Part shown: piece after piece, positions 1-8,994 of the stretch
Position numbering within the stretch: position 1 is the first letter of the stretch
How the letters are laid out: every line of letters begins with the position of its first letter
Assembly: GCA_944377765.1 (NCBI GenBank)
Contig: CALWFX010000031.1
Span: 1 to 38,629 of the forward strand
Length of the DNA: 38,629 nt
Direction: 5' to 3'
DNA from: an uncultured Clostridia bacterium
GTDB lineage: Bacteria > Bacillota > Clostridia > Christensenellales > UBA1242
The notes under the pieces: generated by a model
What the model was told of the DNA's origin: nothing
The model's input: the letters and a program-made list of their open reading frames with translations, nothing else
The model's database searches: none
Program-made: the position numbers and the translations under genes

Positions 1-153
1 CAGCGTATTGGAACAATTAAGGATGCGGATAAGATTATTGTGCTTGAAAGTGGAGATATGGTTGGAATTGGCACTCATGAAGAACTTCTTAAAAATTGTC
101 CTATCTATAAAGAAATTGCCTTGTCACAATTGTCAGAGGAGGAATTACAATGA
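1..153 (+). CDS. ABC exporter ATP-binding/permease protein, C-terminal fragment (5' end lies outside the window)
   Basis: Frame 1 reads QRIGTIKDADKIIVLESGDMVGIGTHEELLKNCPIYKEIALSQLSEEELQ*, the typical tail of an ABC nucleotide-binding domain downstream of the H-loop. The TGA at 151-153 overlaps the ATG of the next ABC gene (ATGA). The track ORF 8..199 is in the wrong frame. Confidence 0.85.
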   Translation, partial: QRIGTIKDADKIIVLESGDMVGIGTHEELLKNCPIYKEIALSQLSEEELQ

Positions 154-1937
154 GAATGCACAGTGTAGGTGGCGAAAAGCCAGCAAAAGGAATGTTTAAG
201 AAATCTATGCTTAAACTTATCAGATATTGCAAAAAATACTATTGGTTAATTGCAATTTCCTTAATTCTTGGAGCAATTTCAGTTGTATGTCAAATTATAA
301 CTCCAAACAAGATTGGCGATTTAACAGAAATTATTGCTGGAGCAATTGGAATGGGACTTCCAGTTGATATTGAAAAAGTTACAAGTGTGGCACTTCTTGT
401 GCTAACCTTGGCATTACTTATGGCAGTTCTTGGTTATTTTCAGCAGTTTATCATGGCAACAACAACGCAAAAAGTTGTCTATAAATTTAGAAGTGATATT
501 TCAAATAAAATTAACAAATTGCCTTTAAAATATTTTGATTCACATTTATATGGCGACACATTAAGTCGTGTAACCAATGATGTCGACACAATTGGTCAAA
601 CTTTAAACCAGTCCATTGCTTCACTCTTTTCCAATGTTATACTTTTTATTGGTGTTTTAATTGCCATGTTTATCACTCAGTGGATAATGGCGTTTACTGT
701 TATTGTTGCAACACTTATTGGCTTTTTGGTTATGTTATTGTTTCTTACAAAGTCACAAAAATATTTCAATATGCAACAAAAAGTTTTGGGCGATATGAAT
801 GCTCATATTGAAGAAGTTTACTCAGGTCATAATGTGGTTAAACTTTTCAATGCAGAAAGAGAAAAAGGCGAAGAATTTCAAAAAATAAACAAAAAACTTT
901 ATAACAGCGGTTGGAAATCTCAATTTTTATCAGGCTCAATGATGCCAATAATGAACTTTATTGGGAACTTTGCTTTTGTTGCTGTGTGCGTGGTCGGTGC
1001 AGTGCTTGCAGCAAACAATATTATCGGTCTTGGCCCAATTGCATCCTTTATGATATATGCAAGAATGTTCTCCAACCCACTTTCTCAAATCGCTCAGTCT
1101 TTAACAAGTTTACAATCAACATCGGCAGCAAGCACTCGCGTGTTTGAATTTTTGGAGGAGCAAGAACTTGAAGATGAAAGTCATAAAACTGAAGTTTTAA
1201 AAGATGTTAAAGGTAATATTTCGTTTGAACATGTAAAGTTTGGTTACAACAAAGATAAGGTTATTATTCATGACTTTTCTGTGGATGTTAAAGCAGGGGA
1301 AAAAGTTGCGATTGTTGGGCCAACAGGTGCAGGAAAAACAACCCTAGTAAATTTACTTATGAAGTTCTATGAAATAGATTCAGGAGATATCAAGATTGAT
1401 GGAAAATCAATTCATGATTTAACCAGAGAAAATATTCATGATTTGTTTGGAATGGTTTTGCAAGACACTTGGCTTTTTGAAGGAACAATAAAAGAAAACC
1501 TTCGATACAACAAAGAAGGTGTCACTGATGAAGACATTGTAAATGCTTGCAAAAGTGTTGGTGTTGACCACTTTATTCAAACATTGTCAAATGGCTATGA
1601 CACTGTTATTGACGATGCAGTCAATTTGTCAGCAGGGCAAAAACAATTGTTGACAATAGCAAGAACCATGATTGAAAACAAGCCAATGTTAATTTTGGAT
1701 GAAGCAACAAGTTCGGTAGATACAAGAACAGAAGAATTAATTCAAAAGGCTATGGATAAACTTATGGAAGGCAGAACTTCGTTTATCATTGCACATCGTT
1801 TGTCCACCATTAAAAATGCCGATATAATTCTGGTTCTTAAAGATGGAGATGTTATTGAAAGCGGAAATCACAACGAACTTATGGAAAAAGGTGGTTTCTA
1901 TGCAGATCTATATAACAGCCAGTTTGCCGAAGTTTAA
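150..1937 (+). CDS. ABC exporter ATP-binding/permease protein (fused TMD-NBD half-transporter, second subunit of a likely heterodimeric multidrug/lipid-type exporter)
   Basis: 595 aa. The N-terminal half is hydrophobic with multiple TM helices. It has Walker A GPTGAGKTT, signature LSAGQKQ, Walker B LILDEATS and H-loop IAHRLST. Its start overlaps the upstream ABC gene by ATGA. Confidence 0.92.
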   Translation: MRMHSVGGEKPAKGMFKKSMLKLIRYCKKYYWLIAISLILGAISVVCQIITPNKIGDLTEIIAGAIGMGLPVDIEKVTSVALLVLTLALLMAVLGYFQQFIMATTTQKVVYKFRSDISNKINKLPLKYFDSHLYGDTLSRVTNDVDTIGQTLNQSIASLFSNVILFIGVLIAMFITQWIMAFTVIVATLIGFLVMLLFLTKSQKYFNMQQKVLGDMNAHIEEVYSGHNVVKLFNAEREKGEEFQKINKKLYNSGWKSQFLSGSMMPIMNFIGNFAFVAVCVVGAVLAANNIIGLGPIASFMIYARMFSNPLSQIAQSLTSLQSTSAASTRVFEFLEEQELEDESHKTEVLKDVKGNISFEHVKFGYNKDKVIIHDFSVDVKAGEKVAIVGPTGAGKTTLVNLLMKFYEIDSGDIKIDGKSIHDLTRENIHDLFGMVLQDTWLFEGTIKENLRYNKEGVTDEDIVNACKSVGVDHFIQTLSNGYDTVIDDAVNLSAGQKQLLTIARTMIENKPMLILDEATSSVDTRTEELIQKAMDKLMEGRTSFIIAHRLSTIKNADIILVLKDGDVIESGNHNELMEKGGFYADLYNSQFAEV

Positions 1938-2003
1938 ATTAAAATTAAAAATGCATAAATTTTATTCTTTTTCACAAAATACCTTCTGTTAAAGGAGGTA
2001 TTT

Positions 2004-2519
2004 ATGTTAAATAGAATGATGTTTGCATTATTAGGAGTTCCCATGATGTTTTCAGCGATATTTAATGTTTGTGATGTTTTTCCATATGGAGAGATGAATT
2101 TAATTGCAAATGGAAATGTGATTGAAATTACTGACGAAGAAAAGGCAGATATTCAAGAAGAATTTATAAATTACATGGAAAATGCCATAGAAACGCCTGC
2201 TCTTGCAGTTACTTTTCCTGAGTTGTATAACAAAATGTTAAACGAAGGTTACTTTCTTAATTTTAAATTTGATTGCCATTTTGAAATCAATGGTTTGCCA
2301 TTTGATGAACTTACAATTCAAATTGGAGAAAATGACCAAGGTTTTAATATTTTTAGAGGCAATAAAGGCGTTTTTCAAGGTAGATGTTTTTATGTCAACA
2401 CAGAAAATTCATCTTCAAAGTTATATGAAGTTATAGATAAGATTGTTAATAGCAATAAGCAGGTCGATATGAATAAAAATGACAATATAATAATTGAAGA
2501 AGAAAAAACTCAAGAATAA
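2004..2519 (+). CDS. hypothetical protein with an N-terminal hydrophobic segment
   Basis: 171-aa ORF with a strong SD (AAAGGAGG, 5 nt before the ATG). The N-terminus MLNRMMFALLGVPMMFSAIF is hydrophobic. A hairpin terminator follows. I recognise no family. Confidence 0.6.
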   Translation: MLNRMMFALLGVPMMFSAIFNVCDVFPYGEMNLIANGNVIEITDEEKADIQEEFINYMENAIETPALAVTFPELYNKMLNEGYFLNFKFDCHFEINGLPFDELTIQIGENDQGFNIFRGNKGVFQGRCFYVNTENSSSKLYEVIDKIVNSNKQVDMNKNDNIIIEEEKTQE

Positions 2520-2526
2520 AACTAAA

Positions 2527-2554
2527 ATGTTATGAAAATCATAACATTTTTTTA
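2527..2554 (+). terminator. rho-independent terminator after the ABC/hypothetical unit
   Basis: Perfect 9-bp stem atgttatga / tcataacat with loop aaa, followed by a T7 run. Confidence 0.6.
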
Positions 2555-2572
2555 TAAATATTGCTATAACAT

Positions 2573-2600
2573 TTGACTTTAAATATAAGTATATTATACA
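2573..2600 (+). promoter_or_regulatory. candidate sigma-A promoter upstream of pflB
   Basis: TTGACT at 2573-2578, a 16-nt spacer, then TATACA at 2595-2600. The -10 is weak and there are alternatives nearby. Confidence 0.3.
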
Positions 2601-2689
2601 ATATGTAGGCAAAGGGGATGCAAAAATCACAATATAATGTGGTTTTTGGTTTTTAGAATACAATATATAGAGAAATAAAAGGAGAAGAT

Positions 2690-4927
2690 ATGAAGGAAGA
2701 ATTTAAAGAGTTTTGGAAGGGTTTTAAAGGTGGTAATTGGGAAGAAAATATTGATGTTTTCAATTTTATAGAAAATAACTATAAAGAATATAAAGGGGAC
2801 GATACTTTTCTTGCATCAATATCTCCAAAAACAAAAAAAGTTTGGCAAAAATGTGAAAAACTTTTGCAAGAAGAAAGCAAAAAGGGTCTTTTGGATGTTG
2901 AACTTGATGAAGTTTCTGGGATAACCAATTTTAAGCCGGGATATATTGATAAGAAAAACGAAGTTGTTTTTGGTTTGCAAACTGATAAACCATTAAAACG
3001 CATTGTCAATCTTTATGGTGGAACAAGAATGGCAGACAAGGCACTTGCCGCATACAACAAACAATTAAATCCAACTCTTGAAGGATATTTTAAAGAATTC
3101 AGAAAAACTCATAATGATGGCGTTTTTGATGTCTATACTCCAGAAATTAGAAGAGCACGCAAGGCAGGTCTTTTAACAGGTCTTCCTGATGCATATGGCA
3201 GGGGAAGAATTATTGGAGATTATCGTAGAGTTGCACTTTATGGTATTGATAAACTTATTGAATTTAAACAAAAAGATTATGCTGAAATTGATGTTTCAAG
3301 CGAAGAAAACATCAGACTTCGTGAAGAAGTTATGGAGCAGATTAGGGCTTTGAATAAAATTAAAGAAATGGCAAGTTCATATGGATTTGACATTTCAAAA
3401 CCTGCAAAAAATGCTCAAGAAGCAGTGCAATGGTTATATTTTGCTTATCTTGCAGGCGTCAAGGAAGATAATGGCGCTGCAATGAGTTTGGGCAGAACTT
3501 CAACTTTTCTCGATATTTACATTGAAAGAGATTTGCAAAAGAAAGTGCTAACAGAAGAAGAAGCACAAGAACTTATTGATCAGTTTATCATTAAACTTCG
3601 CCTTGTTCGTCATTTAAGAACTCCTGAATATGACGAGATTTTTGCTGGCGATCCAACATGGGTTACTGAAAGTGTGGGTGGAATGCTTAATGACGAGAAG
3701 AGTTTAGTCACTAAAAACTCTTTCAGATATTTGCAATCACTAATAAATTTAAACCCATCACCAGAGCCAAATTTGACCATTTTATATTCTGAAAAATTGC
3801 CAGTAAACTTTAAGAAATTTTGTGCAAAAATTTCCATACTCACTGATGCCATTCAATATGAAGGCGATGATGTTATGCGTCCAATTTATGGCAGTGATTA
3901 TGCAATTGCTTGTTGTGTTTCTGCAATGAAAGTAGGCAAACAAATGCAATTTTTTGGAGCAAGATGTAATTTAGCAAAGACACTTCTATATTCTCTCAAT
4001 GGTGGTGTGGATGAAAAATCTGGAACTTTGGTTGTTGAAGGATTAAAGAAAAACACTGAAAAGATTTTGACTTTTGATAAGGTTTGGAAAAATTATCAAA
4101 AAACCATGAAACTTGTTGCAAAAACATATGTTGATGCCATGAATATAATTCATTATATGCATGATAAATACGCATATGAAGCTGCTCAAATGGCACTTCA
4201 TGACACTCATGTTGAAAGGCTTATGGCGTTTGGTGTTGCAGGATTTTCTGTTGCTGTTGATTCACTTTCTGCAATTAAATACGCAAAAGTTAAACCAATC
4301 AGAAATGAAGAAGGTGTGATTGTTGATTTTGAAGCTGAAGGCGATTTCCCTAAGTATGGAAATGATGATGACAGAGTTGATGAGATTGCAGTTGACCTTG
4401 TTAAATATTTTATGGAATGCTTAAATGCACAAAAACCATACAGAAATGCCAAACAGACACTTTCACTTTTAACAATAACCTCAAATGTTATGTATGGAAA
4501 GAAAACAGGAACAACTCCTGATGGCAGAAAAGCAGGGGAACCTTTTGCACCAGGAGCAAACCCAATGCATGAAAGAGATTGCTCTGGAGCACTTGCTTCT
4601 CTTAATTCTGTTGCAAAAATTCCATATTGTAATTGCTGTCAAGATGGTGTTTCAAACACTTTCTCAATTGTTCCAGATGCACTTGGAAAGGATGAAAAGT
4701 CAAGAGTTAAAAACTTGGTTAGTGTTTTAGATGGCTATTTTGTTCAAGGGGCACAACATCTTAATGTCAATGTTTTAAACAGAGACCTTTTGATTGATGC
4801 AATGAATAACCCATGGAAATATCCAAATTTAACAATAAGAGTTTCAGGCTATGCAGTTAATTTCAACAAACTTTCAAGGGCACACCAAGAAGAAGTTATT
4901 TCAAGAACTTTTCATATATCACGATAA
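2690..4927 (+). CDS. pflB: formate C-acetyltransferase (pyruvate formate-lyase, glycyl radical enzyme)
   Basis: 745 aa. The adjacent catalytic cysteine pair sits in [11 protein letters not shown]. The C-terminal glycyl-radical motif RVSGYAV is at nt 4838-4858. SD is AAAGGAG. The activase gene follows directly. Confidence 0.95.
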   Translation: MKEEFKEFWKGFKGGNWEENIDVFNFIENNYKEYKGDDTFLASISPKTKKVWQKCEKLLQEESKKGLLDVELDEVSGITNFKPGYIDKKNEVVFGLQTDKPLKRIVNLYGGTRMADKALAAYNKQLNPTLEGYFKEFRKTHNDGVFDVYTPEIRRARKAGLLTGLPDAYGRGRIIGDYRRVALYGIDKLIEFKQKDYAEIDVSSEENIRLREEVMEQIRALNKIKEMASSYGFDISKPAKNAQEAVQWLYFAYLAGVKEDNGAAMSLGRTSTFLDIYIERDLQKKVLTEEEAQELIDQFIIKLRLVRHLRTPEYDEIFAGDPTWVTESVGGMLNDEKSLVTKNSFRYLQSLINLNPSPEPNLTILYSEKLPVNFKKFCAKISILTDAIQYEGDDVMRPIYGSDYAIACCVSAMKVGKQMQFFGARCNLAKTLLYSLNGGVDEKSGTLVVEGLKKNTEKILTFDKVWKNYQKTMKLVAKTYVDAMNIIHYMHDKYAYEAAQMALHDTHVERLMAFGVAGFSVAVDSLSAIKYAKVKPIRNEEGVIVDFEAEGDFPKYGNDDDRVDEIAVDLVKYFMECLNAQKPYRNAKQTLSLLTITSNVMYGKKTGTTPDGRKAGEPFAPGANPMHERDCSGALASLNSVAKIPYCNCCQDGVSNTFSIVPDALGKDEKSRVKNLVSVLDGYFVQGAQHLNVNVLNRDLLIDAMNNPWKYPNLTIRVSGYAVNFNKLSRAHQEEVISRTFHISR

Positions 4928-4964
4928 TTTTGATTAAACATTATAGTCAAAAAAGGATAAACAT

Positions 4965-5666
4965 ATGGAAGTATATGGAAATATAGATAGTTTTGAAAGT
5001 ATGGGGTTGGTGGATGGACCGGGAGTTCGCTTTGTTGTTTTTATGCAAGGCTGTCCACTTCGCTGTGCATATTGTCATAATCCAGAAACTTGGTCTAATG
5101 AAAAGAAGATACAAATAACTCCAACTGAACTTGTGAAAAAAATATCAAAATATAAAACATATTTTGGTGAAGATGGTGGGGTAACCTTTTCTGGTGGAGA
5201 ACCATTGAATCAGCCAGAGTTTTTACTTGAAGCGCTTAAAAAGTGTAAAGAAAATAATATAAACACTTGTTTAGATACATCTGGTTTTGGCGATAATTAT
5301 GATGAAATACTAGATTATTGCGATTTGGTAATTTTAGATGTCAAGGAATTAGATGCTGAAAGATATCAAAAATTAACTGGCAAGAAAATAGATAAATTTT
5401 ATGCTTTTTTGCAAAAATGTCAAGAAAAAAATGTTAAACTTTGGTTAAGGCAAGTTATTTTGCCACATTATAATGATAGCAAAGAAAGCGTTTTAAAACT
5501 TAAAGAGTTTGCAAGCAAATTAAAAAATGTTGAAAAAATTGAATTGTTGCCTTACCATAGCATGGCAAAGGAAAAATATAAAAAAATGGGAATAAAGTAT
5601 AGGCTGGAAGATTTAGAAGACATGAATAAGGAAAAATGTAAAACTCTTGAAAAATTATTAAAATAA
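4965..5666 (+). CDS. pflA: pyruvate formate-lyase activating enzyme (radical SAM)
   Basis: 233 aa. It has an N-terminal G(L)VDGPGVRFVVFMQGC motif and the CxxxCxxC cluster CPLRCAYC at nt 5052-5075. It lies immediately downstream of pflB. Confidence 0.93.
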   Translation: MEVYGNIDSFESMGLVDGPGVRFVVFMQGCPLRCAYCHNPETWSNEKKIQITPTELVKKISKYKTYFGEDGGVTFSGGEPLNQPEFLLEALKKCKENNINTCLDTSGFGDNYDEILDYCDLVILDVKELDAERYQKLTGKKIDKFYAFLQKCQEKNVKLWLRQVILPHYNDSKESVLKLKEFASKLKNVEKIELLPYHSMAKEKYKKMGIKYRLEDLEDMNKEKCKTLEKLLK

Positions 5667-5687
5667 TTAAAAAATATTAAAAATTGA

Positions 5688-5726
5688 TTAATAAAAATGG
5701 TTTTTTCTATTTTTATTAATTTTTTT
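5688..5726 (+). terminator. probable rho-independent terminator after pflA (AT-only stem)
   Basis: Arms ttaataaaaat (5688-5698) and atttttattaa (5709-5719) are perfectly complementary, with a 10-nt loop and a following T7 run. There are no G:C pairs, so the structure is weak. Confidence 0.4.
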
Positions 5727-5855
5727 ATTTAATTTATAGGTGTTTTTTATGCTTATAAATACTGATAATTTAATTTTTTATTAATTTTTTATTAATTATT
5801 TAATAAAAAATATTATTTTTTAATTAAAAATAAATATTTTGTCAATAATTTTTAT

Positions 5856-6527
5856 GTGGATTATCTTTTATTATCTATATTGGCGATTTACAGTATTAAA
5901 GGGTTTGTAAAGGGATTTGTTAAAATGTTTCTTTCCCTTTTTAGTTCTTTGATTATTTTTATTATTGCTTATTATATTTCTAAAAGTTTATCTGAAAATT
6001 TTGTGCTAGTTGAAATTTATAACAAATTTGCTCTTGTGTTTGAAAATATGTTTAACAACGTTATTCCGGGAAATTTTCAAAACATAGAAGATTTATTAAG
6101 TGCAGCTGCTCTATCTAATTCTGTTTTTATTGCAATTATAAGATTGGTTTCAAAAAATATTTCAATTGATGGAAATTTAACCGCTGGACAAATTTTAGCG
6201 CCTTCCTTTGCCAAGTTAACTTATAATATTCTTTTGTTTATCATAGTTTTTATTACTTTATTTATTATAGTGAAATTTATCAATATCCTTCTTACTTTTA
6301 TATTCAAAAAAATGGGCGTTGGTGTGGCAAATCGTTTTATGGGGTTATTGCTAGGCGTTTTTAAAGGTTTTATTGTAACGACTTTTATATACATCATTTT
6401 AACCACATTTGCAAGTTTAAATTTAAGCAGTTGGCTTTTAGAGTTTGTGCAAAAAGGAACAATTTCAAATTATCTTTACCCAAATTTTGGTTTTAAAATT
6501 TTTGAATTTGTTTATGACTTATTTTAA
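5856..6527 (+). CDS. cvpA: CvpA-family integral membrane protein
   Basis: 223 aa with 4-5 hydrophobic helices. The N-terminus DYLLLSILAIYSIKGFVKGFVKMFLSLFSSL matches the CvpA N-terminal pattern (D..ll.i...s...G...Gf....sl). It has a GTG start and no clear SD. Its 3' end overlaps the convergent minus-strand ORF by 9 nt. Confidence 0.7.
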   Translation: MDYLLLSILAIYSIKGFVKGFVKMFLSLFSSLIIFIIAYYISKSLSENFVLVEIYNKFALVFENMFNNVIPGNFQNIEDLLSAAALSNSVFIAIIRLVSKNISIDGNLTAGQILAPSFAKLTYNILLFIIVFITLFIIVKFINILLTFIFKKMGVGVANRFMGLLLGVFKGFIVTTFIYIILTTFASLNLSSWLLEFVQKGTISNYLYPNFGFKIFEFVYDLF

Positions 6528-6989
6528 TTGGATTAACTGCAAATAGGTATCTTTTAAAATTTTTTCTTCGGCAGTTTTTATTTTTAATATTTCATTCAAC
6601 TGTCTTTTTATTTCCTTATTTTCAATTTTTGTCATGATGTTTTTGATGTCAATCGTGCTTTTTTCCACAAGTTCAATGTCAAGTTCAAGTGTTGATTTCA
6701 AATTTTTCATATAGTCAATATTCATCCCACTGATGTATTTTTTTGTTGAAGAATAGTATTTTGCATCTCCGCCCATATTAAAAATTAGTTGACAAACTTT
6801 TTCGCAACTTTCAAGTTCAAGTTTATATAGTGTTTGAAATTTATTTGAAAAATTATTATTAAAAACAAAAATATTGTTATATTGATAGAAAAAATGCAAA
6901 AAAAGTGAAAATAATCCATCATTTCCACAAAAAAGGTCTTGTAACAATCCTTCATAATATGAATTGTAAGATATAACTTTTTTATTCAT
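6519..6989 (-). CDS. hypothetical protein (possibly a degenerate ferritin-like four-helix bundle)
   Basis: 156-aa ORF with predicted helical character. The segments ELESCEKV...MGGDAKYY...DIELVEKS resemble the clostridial ferritin-like/bacterioferritin-annotated family, but the ExxH histidines are absent. SD is weak. Resemblance is judged by eye only. Confidence 0.5.
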   Translation of the reverse strand: MNKKVISYNSYYEGLLQDLFCGNDGLFSLFLHFFYQYNNIFVFNNNFSNKFQTLYKLELESCEKVCQLIFNMGGDAKYYSSTKKYISGMNIDYMKNLKSTLELDIELVEKSTIDIKNIMTKIENKEIKRQLNEILKIKTAEEKILKDTYLQLIQLK

Positions 6990-7043
6990 TGTTCTTATTT
7001 ATGTTTTAAATAGATAAGATGTTACCTATAAAATAAAATTAAT

Positions 7044-7859
7044 TTATAATTTATCTTTCAAATCAATATTCCATTTAGGCAAAATTTTAAATTCTTTGTT
7101 GTCGATTCCACTAAGTCCTATATTCCCAAAAATAAGTTTGTAAGCAAAAAGTTTTTGTTTTGTTTCTTTAAAACGCTTGAAGTCTTCTCGTTTTCCATAT
7201 TTGCCATCACCAACAATGGCATGTCCAAGATATGCTAAGTGAGCTCTTATTTGATGAGTTTTTCCACCCACAATTTCCACTTCAACAAGACTGCTTTCTT
7301 TGCCAATTTTGATTGGTTTTACGATTGTTTCAATCTTTTGAGAATTATTAGTTTTTTTGCTATATACTTTTACCAAGGATTTTTCACTATCCTTTTCTAA
7401 ATAAGCAGTAAACAGCCCATAATTTTTAAATTCTCCCACAACTTCAGCAATATAAAATTTTCTTATCAAATGCTTTTTGAATGCCTTTTCAAGTTTCTGT
7501 TTTGCGTCTTGCGTTTTTGCCAAAACAAGCAAACCTTCAGTGTTTCGGTCAAGTCTGTGAACAGCATATGCGTTTAAAAGATTGTCTACACCCTTTTCTG
7601 ATTCAATTCCAGAAAATTTATTGATTAAAACAACATCGTTATCTTCGTAAACAATTTCATAAGGCTTGCTTTCTTCCTTATAAAAGATTGTTAAAGTGTC
7701 ACCAATTTCTGTTTTAATATTTTCTTTGCATACCTTTCCATTAAGTTTAACATCTTTATTTCTAAGCATTTTACAGGCGCTTGCATAGGAAAAATTATTG
7801 TCTAAAATGACATCAATAACTTTTTTTGCCTTGTTAACGATTATGTCTTTTCTTTTCAT
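7044..7859 (-). CDS. RluA-family pseudouridine synthase with an N-terminal S4-like RNA-binding domain
   Basis: 271 aa. It has the catalytic motif HRLDRNTEGLLVLAK and the C-terminal motif GGKTHQIRAHLAYLGHAIVGDGKYG. The N-terminal S4-like segment is MLRNKDVKLNGKV...GDTLTIF. Confidence 0.9.
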   Translation of the reverse strand: MKRKDIIVNKAKKVIDVILDNNFSYASACKMLRNKDVKLNGKVCKENIKTEIGDTLTIFYKEESKPYEIVYEDNDVVLINKFSGIESEKGVDNLLNAYAVHRLDRNTEGLLVLAKTQDAKQKLEKAFKKHLIRKFYIAEVVGEFKNYGLFTAYLEKDSEKSLVKVYSKKTNNSQKIETIVKPIKIGKESSLVEVEIVGGKTHQIRAHLAYLGHAIVGDGKYGKREDFKRFKETKQKLFAYKLIFGNIGLSGIDNKEFKILPKWNIDLKDKL

Positions 7860-7946
7860 GAAAATATTTTAATATATTATAAATTAATTTTCAACTGATA
7901 TTCTAAGTTTTTTCTTTTTAACATATTATTTTTTAAGGAGTATGTG

Positions 7947-8198
7947 ATGGAAGAAAAAGTTGTGATTGAAAATAGAAAACTTTTAACAATTTTTGGGGCA
8001 ACCAGAGTTATTTCGTCAACAAGCAGTCAAGCGGTTGTGGAAGTTGGTGAAGCAAATATGGTTATTTCTGGCAATAATTTGGAGGTTGTTAAATTAAATT
8101 TAGATGATAAGGAAGTGGAATTTTCTGGAGAAATAAGTGGTGTTAAGTATATGGTCAAACATGAAAAGATTGGCTTTTTCAAAAGGATTTTTAAATAA
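7947..8198 (+). CDS. yabP: sporulation protein YabP
   Basis: About 83 aa. VVIENRKLLTIFGATRVISSTSSQAVVEVGEANMVISGNNLEVVKLNLDDKEVEFSGEISGVKY follows the YabP family pattern. I prefer ATG 7947 (AAGGAG 6 nt upstream) over the track's GTG 7944. The stop overlaps the yabQ start by 1 nt. Confidence 0.8.
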   Translation: MEEKVVIENRKLLTIFGATRVISSTSSQAVVEVGEANMVISGNNLEVVKLNLDDKEVEFSGEISGVKYMVKHEKIGFFKRIFK

Positions 8199-8590
8199 TG
8201 TTATATGAAACACTTGCTCAGCCATATATATTTTTAATTATAATTATTTCAGGTTTTTTAACTGGAATATTTTTTGATTTTTTAAATTTTATAAAAAATG
8301 TTATAAAAATTAAGTTTTTTTATAATTTTTTATTGTTTTTCTTCGTTTTTTTAACAATTTTTGTTTTCTATTATATAAATTTGAATTATAATTATGGAGA
8401 AATTAGAGTTTATACTCTTTTATCTTTTCTTTTAGCATTTATGATTGAAAGATTATTAATAGGAAATTTTGTTGCACATTTATTTGAAAAATGCTACAAT
8501 GTGTTTAAAGACAAAAGGGAAGATAAAAGTGAAAGTAAATCTAAAAAGAAAAGAATCAAAAGAGTCTATAGACGAGAAAAAAGAAAGTAA
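8198..8590 (+). CDS. yabQ: spore cortex biosynthesis protein YabQ (membrane protein)
   Basis: 130 aa, hydrophobic. It has the YabQ-like segment NYGEIRVYTLLSFLLAFMIERL and a basic tail. It keeps the conserved position directly after yabP, with a TAATG overlap. Confidence 0.7.
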   Translation: MLYETLAQPYIFLIIIISGFLTGIFFDFLNFIKNVIKIKFFYNFLLFFFVFLTIFVFYYINLNYNYGEIRVYTLLSFLLAFMIERLLIGNFVAHLFEKCYNVFKDKREDKSESKSKKKRIKRVYRREKRK

Positions 8591-8753
8591 ACAAGAGAAT
8601 AAGAAGGTCTTTAAAATAGTTTCTACCATTCTTTTGTGCCTGTTTATTGTTGCAATAATTGTGGAAATTGTTGTTATTTGTGTTCTAAATTCTAAGATTG
8701 ACCAAACAAAAGATGATATAAACAATATCCCAAGTGTGAGTGAAAAATATTAA
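8529..8753 (+). CDS. small single-pass membrane protein (start uncertain; occupies the position held by divIC in Bacillus)
   Basis: The ORF is open from 8469. The best start is GTG 8529, with AAGGGA 8 nt upstream. It has a Lys/Glu-rich N-terminus, one TM helix (FKIVSTILLCLFIVAIIVEIVVICVL) and a tail of only about 25 aa. It overlaps the yabQ 3' end, and a terminator follows. Confidence 0.4.
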   Translation: MKVNLKRKESKESIDEKKESKQENKKVFKIVSTILLCLFIVAIIVEIVVICVLNSKIDQTKDDINNIPSVSEKY

Positions 8754-8783
8754 ATTAATCATAAAAATTGTAATAAAATAATA

Positions 8784-8812
8784 AAAAATTCCATTTTTTT
8801 GGAATTTTTTCT
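8784..8812 (+). terminator. rho-independent terminator ending the yabP-yabQ unit
   Basis: Stem aaaaattcc / ggaattttt (9 bp) with a T-rich loop and a T-rich tail. Confidence 0.55.
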
Positions 8813-8923
8813 ATTATTTTTGCTGTTTTAAAAATAATTTATAATTTTATTTTTAATTAATTTTTTAAAAAATGTTTTATTATTTATATAATATATTTTA
8901 TTTATATTTTTTATCATTTTTAT

Positions 8924-8953
8924 TTGATAAATTCCCCCTTTAAGTGTTACAAT
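8924..8953 (+). promoter_or_regulatory. candidate sigma-A promoter of giant gene 1 (extended -10)
   Basis: TTGATA at 8924-8929, an 18-nt spacer containing a C5 run (8934-8938), then TGtTACAAT with TACAAT at 8948-8953. It lies 42 nt upstream of the ATG at 8995. Confidence 0.5.
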
Positions 8954-8994
8954 AAATATATTAAAAGTGAACTAAAAGAAGGGAGTGAGTGTTT

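Noticed and set aside
151-153. Possibility of genetic code 4 (TGA read as Trp) in this very AT-rich organism
   Set aside because: All conserved Trp positions are TGG. ORFs of 3,573 and 3,475 codons are uninterrupted under the standard code, and TGA terminates the first ABC gene at a canonical ATGA junction.
8-199. Track ORF of 63 aa at the window start
   Set aside because: It is in the wrong frame. Frame 1 (1-153) gives a textbook ABC NBD tail, and the ORF at 150-1937 gives the partner transporter. This one is an overlapping shadow with a low-complexity sequence.
2627-2642. TCACA-N6-TGTGG palindrome-like element upstream of pflB, considered as a CRP/FNR- or Rex-type operator
   Set aside because: The half-sites are in the opposite arrangement to CRP (TGTGA-N6-TCACA). 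They do not match the Rex (TTGTGAA-N4-TTCACAA) or FNR (TTGAT-N4-ATCAA) consensus, and the palindrome is imperfect. It is not supportable without comparative data.
2421-2663. 80-aa minus-strand ORF spanning the 2004-2519 gene end, the terminator and the pflB promoter region
   Set aside because: It crosses a terminator hairpin and an intergenic region, is low-complexity (Ile/Phe/Tyr-rich), and has no SD.
2779-4730. Several 66-81-aa ORFs inside pflB (minus strand 2779-3009, 3610-3852, 3996-4196 and 4207-4452; plus-strand off-frame 4485-4730)
   Set aside because: They are nested in a gene with unambiguous PFL motifs. Their sequences are shadow-frame artefacts with no starts or SDs of note.
5760-5830. 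Repeated ttttttattaat-type strings in the pflA-cvpA spacer, considered as a tandem repeat or CRISPR-like array
   Set aside because: There are only two or three short A/T-only copies with no regular spacer structure. This is ordinary low-complexity intergenic DNA for this genome.
8989-8991. GTG 8989 as the start of giant gene 1 (track coordinates)
   Set aside because: The SD GGGAG (8981-8985) is only 3 nt from GTG 8989 but 9 nt from ATG 8995. MKRINILL... is a standard lipoprotein signal n-region.
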